Shown one piece after another: positions 50,965 through 61,841 of a stretch of DNA of 64,000 nt. The stretch's first letter is position 1; every line of letters begins with the position of its first letter. The notes beneath the pieces were generated by a model that saw only the letters and a program-made list of their open reading frames with translations, was not told the DNA's origin and did no database searches. The translations under genes and the position numbers were made by a program. The stretch spans positions 11,966,001-12,030,000 of the forward strand of contig JBHGNT010000016.1 of assembly GCA_043228905.1 (NCBI GenBank), given 5' to 3'. This stretch comes from Azolla caroliniana. Its lineage: Eukaryota; Plantae; Polypodiophyta.

Positions 50965-53900
50965 ATGTCTTCAAAGAAAATCGAGCGCCAGGACTCCAGG
51001 AAGCCTCTGAGGCTGTGGACATTTTTGTAAATATGTTTTAGCACTCAAGAACTCGATACGGCGTATCTAGTTCCTATATAAAACACAAACTTCATACAGG
51101 AACTCGATACGGCGTATCGAGTTCTTGTATGAAGTTTGTGTTTTATACAGGAACTCGATCCGGTGTATCGAGTTCTTGTCAATAGTTTGCGTTTTAAACA
51201 GGAACTCGATCCGGCGTATCGAGTTCTTGTCAATAGTTTGCGTTTTAAATAGGAACTCGATACGTCGTATCGAGTTCCTATATAAAGTTTGTTTTTTAAA
51301 CAGGAACTCGATACGCCGTATCGAGTTCCTGTTTAAAGTTTAGGTTTTATACAGGAACTCGATACGCCATAACGAGTTCCTGTTTGAAGTTTGTGTTTTA
51401 AACAGGAACTCGATACGGCGTATCGAGTTCCTGTCTTATGTTCGTGTGTTATATAGGAACTCGATACGGCGTATCGAGTTCTTGTACAAATTTTGTGTTT
51501 TGTTGTATATAGTATGCGTTTTAAACAGGAACTTGTAACGAGTTCCTGTATAAAACACGAACATAATACAGGAACTCGATACGCCGTATCGAGTTCTTGT
51601 GTAAAGTTTGTGTTTGATACATGAACTCGATACCCTGCATCGAGTTCATGTATAAACACGAACTATATGCAGGAACACGATACGACGTAAAGAGTTTTGA
51701 ACCCTAAAACACACAATTTAAAGAGGAATATTGTCTATTTGGGGCAACAATTTAGTATTGTGTGAAAAGATATCTAACTTTCTGTCAAAATCAGACTTTT
51801 TTTATGGAGATTTGCCATATTTTGTAACAAATAGGGGCCTAAATTATAGAGGTTTTATGACCTAGTATAGCTTAAAATAGTAGAAAATAACCCACAAATT
51901 ACCTTTATGATGCCAAATTCAAGTCTATCATATGCAAATTCTCTAGAATATGGATATGGAATCAATATAAGCCATACCTACCCTTCAAGATAACATATAT
52001 CCTTGTATACTTATTAAGATATATATTTTCTAAGTTGAATAGCCCTTACTAGAATGGATTTCTGAATAAAGGACTACCATGTTCACTCAATGCATGATTG
52101 ATATTTTTAGTTTGCCACAAATCGCCTGCAGCTAGTTCTTATCTTCGTCTAATTATGCGTATTTTAATATACAACCTTAATCTACGTGACCACCTAACTT
52201 ATGTTTTCGCATGTCCTTTCTTAAATAGGTCGTTTGAGAACTTGTCAGACCGACTTGTGAAGAAGATAAAGCTCCGGATACAGGGCTCTCCAATTGAAAC
52301 CCAGACCCTAATAACTCCCAAAAACATGAAGAGAGGAAAGAAGCTTCTCTTCAACGAGGAGACAAAATCTCAACCACCCAATGAGGTCAGCCAGAAGAAA
52401 ATATTAGTAGCTACTGGTGGTGAAGACCTTCCTAACCGTGATCTAACGGACAAGGAATGGTGTATGCAATACGTCGACTCCAAGAAAAAAGTTGTGTTGT
52501 ATATTGCAAAGAAGAAGGGCAAGGGGCAGCTTGAAAATGAAACCGCATTTATGTATGGCTGTATTCTACGATTTGACTACGAAGATTCAGATTCGGCCAA
52601 CATACTTGTAATGATAGAGTGCTCTAAGGGGGTACGTAAAGTGTTCCTTTCTGAAGATCTTCTAGTAAAGGAATCTTGTGGGCCAGAAGCTTTTAAAAAA
52701 GATCTCGAAAGCTCCCATAACCTTATTGTTACCTTGAGGCCTTATATACAAGGCCATGTAAGTCTAAGGGAGCCATTGCCCTCCCCAGTAAAGGCCCCAA
52801 AAAGGGCATCTAAAGTACAATCAAGACCACCAAAGAAGAAGACCACTAAAATGTCGGACTCCAACTTATCAAGCTCAAACGAAGATGAGGACACTAAGGG
52901 GATGCTAGGAGTTGAGTTGGCACCGGGTGTGTTGTCATTCGAGTAGAATAAGATACGGAGAGAGTTAATGCAGTGTAAACTGGTCAAGAAAGGGCAAGTG
53001 TTTAATTTGCCTATAACACACATCCATCGGCCCCCTATTGATGAAAAAACAGAATGAAGACCACTTGAGATTAGAGAGCCACACCGAATGCATGTTCAAA
53101 ATCTCAAGAAAAAAATGAAAATTAATCCACATGCTACCGTAGTGCCTTTTATTGTTATGGTGGATCCTAAAGAATGTGAAACCATTGAAGATTTTGATAT
53201 AAAAAAGCATGATCAATATAATTACTTTTTCATTGGTGGATCGCATTCGGCGGAGGCACGTTGGCAACTTGTGAGAGAACATCCAACGACTTTCTTCTTC
53301 AAGTATGCCGAGTGCAAAATTTATGTGGGTCTCACAACTGAAGAGGCAAAGCTATTGGCATGGGACCACAATAACGATAATGACTATAGGCAGAAAATGT
53401 TATCGATTGAGCGTATAAGGTTCTTCCACCACGAGTATTTGGATGTCAAACAAAAGTTTGGTGTGAAGCTACATCCTGGCCTACGACGTCAATGCTTACA
53501 TGAAGTCGACATTGTGGTAGATGATAATGTTAAGTACGATGGTCTTCGAAAATATGAGTCATGGTTTCAACTGGCCTTTAGAGATGGAGAAGTATGGGAC
53601 CTACAAGATCAAATCTTCTCAATGTGGGAGAATAAGGAGGTCAAGGGTCAACGACAAAAGAAATGTAAGGTAGACCCTCAACTAGAATTAAAGTCACAAG
53701 CGGCCAAGAAAATTGATTTGACAATTGAAGAAGCGGTTGACGACATGAAGCTGTCTTTGTGGAGAGCGATGCAAGGTATTAAGGACGAGCATCTTCTTGT
53801 GTCTGTTTTGTCAAGAGTTGTAGCCAAAGACTTAAGGCTTGAAGAAATGGTCACTGAGTTCAATAAGTAAGTCTTTCAAATAGTGATATTGAAGTCAATA

Positions 53901-54898
53901 TGGTGCAATTGAAAGTTCTAATCTCGTTTTCCAATTTCACAGTCATAAGGTGTACATGAAGATCCAAGAAGTTATGATGAAACAACTTGGATGTATAATT
54001 TGGGAACAAGTGACCGAGGATTATCCTCTAACGTCTTCATATAAGGCGTTATCGGAGTATTTTATTGCATTCAAGGATTGGGTTAGTATTGGTGATTTTT
54101 CATTAAGCTTTCATCATATGTAGAGCTTGTAGAATAAAACTTGATGTCCTATTGCTTCTATTAGAAACTGTGTCATGGCAAGAAACAAGGAGAAGTTAAG
54201 GATATACACGATTTCCCGACATCCTTCCTTGTACATCTCGAGAGATCCAGAAAAGAAAAGGATCGTCACTTAGTCAAGGCGTACGAAATGGAGGAAGATG
54301 GCTCCTTCAAAAAAATTAGCCACAAAAAAGATATTACGAGAGATCTTTACTACATACATTGTGGTTTGCAGCGATGTCGTTGACATGATCCAAAAAGTGC
54401 CAAAGAAGGAATATACACTAATGATTGTGGATATTCCTTACGGATTTCGAATGGTAGGGTCATCATACGACGATGAACCATTTAGGTTTAAACAGTTCGA
54501 GAAGATGGTCAAGGATTTTGTTGAGCTAACGACTGCATCATTGTGGAGAATAATTGTCTTTCACAGTATGGACCAAGGGTACTCGGTAGGTCAAGCTTTG
54601 AGATCTCGTTGCCATGGCAAGCACCTTGCCTGGTAAGGATTATTTATAGGTCTCATTCACTATATTGCATTTCTTAAGATTGTTCAATCTATTCTTAACT
54701 CGATGTAATATTTGTTATAGGATAAAAACCAATGTAAATAGAGGGCCAACCTTTCGGTTCGTTAATGCCATTGAATACATCACGGTTGGCTACTTCGATG
54801 AAATTAAGAAACAAAGAATCAAGGAGCATTCTAATGAAGTGGGAGGTTCAAATCTGTTGGTATATCCAATAGTGAAACGGAAATTGCGACATGTCACC
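50965..54898 (+). pseudogene. ParB-like/DNA amino-methyltransferase fusion, copy 1 (3'-truncated); exons 50965-51026 (tentative), 52229-53866, 53943-54081, 54165-54632, 54721-54898
   Basis: Appears identical to copy 2 at an offset of 3630; stops at 52944 and 53055; the exon-1 donor TT|GTAAAT joins the 52228 acceptor in frame. Confidence 0.8.
51045..51700. repeat. Array of 13 palindromes (33 bp, ACAGGAACTCGATACG-N-CGTATCGAGTTCCTGT) with ~18-bp spacers, period 51
   Basis: Units start at 51045, 51096, 51147, 51198, 51249, 51300, 51351, 51402, 51453, 51525 (short), 51568, 51619 and 51669. Confidence 0.97.
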
Positions 54899-57800
54899 AT
54901 CGAGTTCTTGTATGAAGTTTGTGTTTTATACAGGAACTCGATCCGGTGTATCGAGTTCTTGTCAATAGTTTGCGTTTTAAACAGGAACTCGATCCGGCGT
55001 ATCGAGTTCTTGTCAATAGTTTGCGTTTTAAATAGGAACTCGATACGTCGTATCGAGTTCCTATATAAAGTTTGTTTTTTAAACAGGAACTCGATACGGC
55101 GTATCGAGTTCTTGTACAAATTTTGTGTTTTGTTGTATATAGTATGCGTTTTAAACAGGAACTTGTAACGAGTTCCTGTATAAAACACGAACATAATACA
55201 GGAACTCGATACGCCGTATCGAGTTCTTGTGTAAAGTTTGTGTTTGATACATGAACTCGATACCCTGCATCGAGTTCATGTATAAACACGAACTATATGC
55301 AGGAACACGATACGACGTAAAGAGTTTTGAACCCTAAAACACACAATTTAAAGAGGAATATTGTCTATTTGGGGCAACAATTTAGTATTGTGTGAAAAGA
55401 TATCTAACTTTCTGTCAAAATCAGACTTTTTTTATGGAGATTTGCCATATTTTGTAACAAATAGGGGCCTAAATTATAGAGGTTTTATGACCTAGTATAG
55501 CTTAAAATAGTAGAAAATAACCCACAAATTACCTTTATGATGCCAAATTCAAGTCTATCATATGCAAATTCTCTAGAATATGGATATGGAATCAATATAA
55601 GCCATACCTACCCTTCAAGATAACATATATCCTTGTATACTTATTAAGATATATATTTTCTAAGTTGAATAGCCCTTACTAGAATGGATTTCTGAATAAA
55701 GGACTACCATGTTCACTCAATGCATGATTGATATTTTTAGTTTGCCACAAATCGCCTGCAGCTAGTTCTTATCTTCGTCTAATTATGCGTATTTTAATAT
55801 ACAACCTTAATCTACGTGACCACCTAACTTATGTTTTCGCATGTCCTTTCTTAAATAGGTCGTTTGAGAACTTGTCAGACCGACTTGTGAAGAAGATAAA
55901 GCTCCGGATACAGGGCTCTCCAATTGAAACCCAGACCCTAATAACTCCCAAAAACATGAAGAGAGGAAAGAAGCTTCTCTTCAACGAGGAGACAAAATCT
56001 CAACCACCCAATGAGGTCAGCCAGAAGAAAATATTAGTAGCTACTGGTGGTGAAGACCTTCCTAACCGTGATCTAACGGACAAGGAATGGTGTATGCAAT
56101 ACGTCGACTCCAAGAAAAAAGTTGTGTTGTATATTGCAAAGAAGAAGGGCAAGGGGCAGCTTGAAAATGAAACCGCATTTATGTATGGCTGTATTCTACG
56201 ATTTGACTACGAAGATTCAGATTCGGCCAACATACTTGTAATGATAGAGTGCTCTAAGGGGGTACGTAAAGTGTTCCTTTCTGAAGATCTTCTAGTAAAG
56301 GAATCTTGTGGGCCAGAAGCTTTTAAAAAAGATCTCGAAAGCTCCCATAACCTTATTGTTACCTTGAGGCCTTATATACAAGGCCATGTAAGTCTAAGGG
56401 AGCCATTGCCCTCCCCAGTAAAGGCCCCAAAAAGGGCATCTAAAGTACAATCAAGACCACCAAAGAAGAAGACCACTAAAATGTCGGACTCCAACTTATC
56501 AAGCTCAAACGAAGATGAGGACACTAAGGGGATGCTAGGAGTTGAGTTGGCACCGGGTGTGTTGTCATTCGAGTAGAATAAGATACGGAGAGAGTTAATG
56601 CAGTGTAAACTGGTCAAGAAAGGGCAAGTGTTTAATTTGCCTATAACACACATCCATCGGCCCCCTATTGATGAAAAAACAGAATGAAGACCACTTGAGA
56701 TTAGAGAGCCACACCGAATGCATGTTCAAAATCTCAAGAAAAAAATGAAAATTAATCCACATGCTACCGTAGTGCCTTTTATTGTTATGGTGGATCCTAA
56801 AGAATGTGAAACCATTGAAGATTTTGATATAAAAAAGCATGATCAATATAATTACTTTTTCATTGGTGGATCGCATTCGGCGGAGGCACGTTGGCAACTT
56901 GTGAGAGAACATCCAACGACTTTCTTCTTCAAGTATGCCGAGTGCAAAATTTATGTGGGTCTCACAACTGAAGAGGCAAAGCTATTGGCATGGGACCACA
57001 ATAACGATAATGACTATAGGCAGAAAATGTTATCGATTGAGCGTATAAGGTTCTTCCACCACGAGTATTTGGATGTCAAACAAAAGTTTGGTGTGAAGCT
57101 ACATCCTGGCCTACGACGTCAATGCTTACATGAAGTCGACATTGTGGTAGATGATAATGTTAAGTACGATGGTCTTCGAAAATATGAGTCATGGTTTCAA
57201 CTGGCCTTTAGAGATGGAGAAGTATGGGACCTACAAGATCAAATCTTCTCAATGTGGGAGAATAAGGAGGTCAAGGGTCAACGACAAAAGAAATGTAAGG
57301 TAGACCCTCAACTAGAATTAAAGTCACAAGCGGCCAAGAAAATTGATTTGACAATTGAAGAAGCGGTTGACGACATGAAGCTGTCTTTGTGGAGAGCGAT
57401 GCAAGGTATTAAGGACGAGCATCTTCTTGTGTCTGTTTTGTCAAGAGTTGTAGCCAAAGACTTAAGGCTTGAAGAAATGGTCACTGAGTTCAATAAGTAA
57501 GTCTTTCAAATAGTGATATTGAAGTCAATATGGTGCAATTGAAAGTTCTAATCTCGTTTTCCAATTTCACAGTCATAAGGTGTACATGAAGATCCAAGAA
57601 GTTATGATGAAACAACTTGGATGTATAATTTGGGAACAAGTGACCGAGGATTATCCTCTAACGTCTTCATATAAGGCGTTATCGGAGTATTTTATTGCAT
57701 TCAAGGATTGGGTTAGTATTGGTGATTTTTCATTAAGCTTTCATCATATGTAGAGCTTGTAGAATAAAACTTGATGTCCTATTGCTTCTATTAGAAACTG

Positions 57801-58528
57801 TGTCATGGCAAGAAACAAGGAGAAGTTAAGGATATACACGATTTCCCGACATCCTTCCTTGTACATCTCGAGAGATCCAGAAAAGAAAAGGATCGTCACT
57901 TAGTCAAGGCGTACGAAATGGAGGAAGATGGCTCCTTCAAAAAAATTAGCCACAAAAAAGATATTACGAGAGATCTTTACTACATACATTGTGGTTTGCA
58001 GCGATGTCGTTGACATGATCCAAAAAGTGCCAAAGAAGGAATATACACTAATGATTGTGGATATTCCTTACGGATTTCGAATGGTAGGGTCATCATACGA
58101 CGATGAACCATTTAGGTTTAAACAGTTCGAGAAGATGGTCAAGGATTTTGTTGAGCTAACGACTGCATCATTGTGGAGAATAATTGTCTTTCACAGTATG
58201 GACCAAGGGTACTCGGTAGGTCAAGCTTTGAGATCTCGTTGCCATGGCAAGCACCTTGCCTGGTAAGGATTATTTATAGGTCTCATTCACTATATTGCAT
58301 TTCTTAAGATTGTTCAATCTATTCTTAACTCGATGTAATATTTGTTATAGGATAAAAACCAATGTAAATAGAGGGCCAACCTTTCGGTTCGTTAATGCCA
58401 TTGAATACATCACGGTTGGCTACTTCGATGAAATTAAGAAACAAAGAATCAAGGAGCATTCTAATGAAGTGGGAGGTTCAAATCTGTTGGTATATCCAAT
58501 AGTGAAACGGAAATTGCGACATGTCACC
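51116..58528 (+). repeat. Near-perfect tandem duplication 51116-54898 / 54899-58528
   Basis: Translated ORFs are identical at offset 3630; the only difference seen is loss of 153 bp (3 array units) in copy 2. Confidence 0.95.
54899..55330. repeat. Second copy of the palindrome array, three units shorter
   Basis: Starts mid-palindrome at the duplication junction; same unit order minus ~51300-51452. Confidence 0.95.
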
Positions 58529-59087
58529 AGGACAGAACGAGGACTTGTCAACCCATACCAAAAACCTCAATGACTTATGATGCGCTTGATCGAGATGTTT
58601 TCGGTCGAAGGAGACTGGATATTAGACCTCTTTTCTGGCACAGGTATTCCTTGAACTAGGGTAACGATCTTGAGATAACCAATACTGAATCTTTTTTGTT
58701 TGAGAACTAATTCTTCTTGTTACTTTCTTCACAGGAACGACGTCTGCATGTGCATTGAAGCTCTTTAGAAACACGGTTGCATTGGACAAGGAAGAGGAGC
58801 AGGTTATATTTATAAACATGAGGATTAAGGCTTTGTGGGAGTGCACAGACCAGGACGAGGAGGTCGGTGCAAAAAACCTCACTAATACTGAAAAGTTTCA
58901 ACCTGCTTCGCAAGAGCCTATCCCTCCATTAGCTGGGGAACTGAGGGAGCTAATAGAGCTTGATGATGAGTTTATAGAAGATATTTCGTTGGCTTGGCTA
59001 ACAGGGGAAGCCAATGCACGTATAGCTAAAGAGACTTCTATACAGGATGATGAAGAAAATGACATTGACGATTTGATTGCTATGTAA
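55859..59087 (+). pseudogene. ParB-like/beta-class N6-adenine or N4-cytosine DNA methyltransferase fusion, copy 2; exons 55859-57496, 57573-57711, 57795-58262, 58351-58643, 58735-59087
   Basis: ParB-like: YFFIGGSHSAEA..VGLTTEEAKLLAWDHN..RQKMLSIER. MTase: VCSDVVDMIQKVP..LMIVDIPYG (motif IV), WIK, NPYQKP.*LMMRLIEMFSVEGDWILDLFSGTGTTSACALKLFRNTVALD (motifs X, I, II). Four GT-AG introns of 76-91 nt; three stops and one frameshift (~57965). Confidence 0.9.
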
Positions 59088-59516
59088 TAGACTCTTTTAA
59101 AAACGCGAAATGTAATGTTTGGATTTCACATTATTAATACAAATTTTGGGTTTTACTTGGTGGACTCTATTCTTTATAATTTTCTATATGTTTCAATTTT
59201 ATTTTTATATACTTGGTTAGTAGACTTATGACATTGGTTTCACCACATGCATTGTTGACTACCAAATTTATGGAGAAACATGAATTAGTTTAAATTGAGG
59301 CTGATTTTGGTCAAAATTTACCTTAACATAACATGGTCGTAGAATTGTTGCCATGACTGTCCATGCTGTTATTATGGATCTTTGTCTTCTATTGTTAAAA
59401 TTATTATGTTTCTCTTCCATTGCTGCTTAGATTGTGTAGTGTGTTGATAATGGTTCCACTAGCGTTATCCGCATGTTTTTATACGCTTGTAGTTCCATTA
59501 GCGTTATCGTTCGGAG

Positions 59517-59791
59517 TTTGATCCCGTGTGAATCACCTTAGCAATAGATTAGATCAATTTTAAATACAAGTATGAAAGCCTTAATAGGTTTGTTATTTCT
59601 ACCACATTATCCTAAAGTTCACTGTCTTACATTGTCCACAATTATATACATATGGTTTGATCCCATACGAACAAACTGAGGAATAGATCAGATAAACTTT
59701 AAATACAAGTATTAAATACTTTAATAAGTTAGTTATTCCAATCACATTATCCTAAAGTGCATTATCCTACATTGTCCACAATTATATACAT
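59517..59791. repeat. Diverged ~140-bp tandem duplication
   Basis: TTTGATCCC...TAAATACAAGTAT...CACATTATCCTAAAGT...ACATTGTCCACAATTATATACAT occurs twice. Confidence 0.8.
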
Positions 59792-60149
59792 GCAAGTATG
59801 GGTCAAAGTATAAATTATAACTCATTTTATTAGTATGGTTACAAGTACACCTCATATTTTTGTAAAACTTACCAAATTAATATAAGTCTTTAACTTAGTG
59901 TTTCTCATGTCGCACATTAGTGACATATTGAGCCATTGTTGAACTTTATTATGCCTACATTAACTTATCAACACATCCAAACTTGCATGATTTCTAATGA
60001 TCTCCACTCGTAAACCTATCATGTATTTTTATATTTGCAAATTCTAATCAAGTTGTGGAACATGTGATACTAGTGCATCCAATTTTTGTAGAGAGGGTAT
60101 ATTTGGATAGTTTCAAGAAGATTCTACAAGTGGAATGCGCAATCCTTCC

Positions 60150-61841
60150 ACTTGTGAACGCGATCGCATCTATGTTGAACTCGGTTTCGACTGTGGCGGA
60201 TGGGGCTAATTTGACTGTATACCAGGATGTTGACTCGTCGAATACTACATCCTTACTCACTCATACCTTCTTGGTGGAAGGGTTGAAGGACTTATACCCT
60301 TTTTGATCGAGTGAATACCCTATGAGTATACATTTCTCCGACTTGGGATTGAGCTTTTGCCGCTTCTCGTCGGGAATATGTACATATGCAATTGAACCGA
60401 ATATCCTGACATGAGATAGATCTGGTTTCTTCCCATAGAACTTTTCGCAGGGGGTAACTTCGTGCACTCCTGATGTAGTGAAGCAATTCATCAGATAAAC
60501 GACTGTATTCTCCGCTTTAACCCAATTTGACTTTGGCAGATGTTTCTCATTCATCATTTCCCTTGCCATCTCAAGTATGTGCCGATTCTTGCGTTCGGCT
60601 ACTCTGTTTTGATGAGGTGTGTGTCGGCAGGTAAACTCCCGTTGGATTCCTTCTTGTCGAAGAAGTACTCTTTGTCGCTATCCGATCAAAGGCATCTAAC
60701 ATGCCCACCGGTTGCCTTTTCCACTTCATTTTTGAACCTTTGGACGTGTCCAAACACTTCGCTCTTCTTCCACATAGGGTAGATCCAGGTATGTTTGGAG
60801 AAGTTGTTGATGAATGTTACGTAGTATCGGCAACCACCGAATGTTGCCATCTGGGTTGGTCCCCATACATCTGAGTGTATTACATATTGGATCCCTTTGC
60901 TTACATTCCTCTCCTTTGGGAACAGTTGACGGTGTTGTTTGTCGAGTTGACAAGCTTCACACACGCCTACTCTCTCCTTTTCGGTAAAAGTCGGAAATCT
61001 GAAGACAACTCCTTTCAACTGCATTCCTCTGAGCTTTTTGAGGTTAATGTGACCAATTCTCTTGTGCCACAGCTCTATGTCGACATCGGCTCTCTAGCCC
61101 TTGGCATACATTGCCAAGTTCATCTCGTGAGAGTCGAGTATGAACATCCAACCTTCTCTATGACCCCGGACGATGAGTTGGCCTTCTTTTTTGATGAAGC
61201 ATCCTCCGTTGTTGAAGCGGACTTGCATGCCTTGTTTGACTATATGGCCAACTGAGACCAAGTTCTTTGTTATTGTAGGAACATGCAGAACATTCTTGAT
61301 GTAGGTTTGATTGCCTTCATCTCCAAATGGGACATTGGCAATATGTTGAATGGGGTTACTTGTGTGATCCCCAATTTCCACATAGTCAGGTCGTTCGGGC
61401 TTCCATAGCTCCTTGAACCAATCCTCGTGGGATGTCATGTGTTTGGATGCACCCGAGTCGATGAACAATACATCTTCTGACTTGGAGGTGTTGGACGGGT
61501 TGGAGGTTGTCATTGAGTTCACTCTGTACCTCATCACAAACATTCCGCCACGATTTTCATAGTCGGAGTTGAAGGCGTAGTTTGTGAGTTGTCGGCTTGT
61601 GCAGGCCGATTCACTCTTCTTTTTCCGACACTCTGCCTCATAGTAGCCGAATTTACCACAATATTCAAACTGAGCGGGATTATTTTGTCGGTTGGGTCTG
61701 GCTTGATTACTCCCCCTTCTTCCAAATGCTCCACCTCGTGCGTTCGACATGTCTTGTCGGTAATAGAGGTTATGTTCTCGGGATTGCTCTTGGTTGTGTC
61801 GTCCGTGACCGAATCGACCTCTTCTTCCCCGACCTTGTCCT
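60150..61841 (-). pseudogene. Ty1/copia gag end-protease-integrase fragment
   Basis: Knuckle remnant YCGKFGYYEAEC, FIDSGASKHM, LWHKRIGH, CEACQ, IHSDVWGP, SEKCILIGYS, KDVVFDE. Confidence 0.9.

Noticed and set aside
51045-51700. CRISPR array
   Set aside because: The spacers are only ~18 bp and homologous to each other, there are no cas genes, and the context is eukaryotic.
52098-52228. ORF-track start for the 282-aa protein (also 55728)
   Set aside because: It uses a non-ATG start in AT-rich sequence ending in a splice acceptor, so it is best read as intron.
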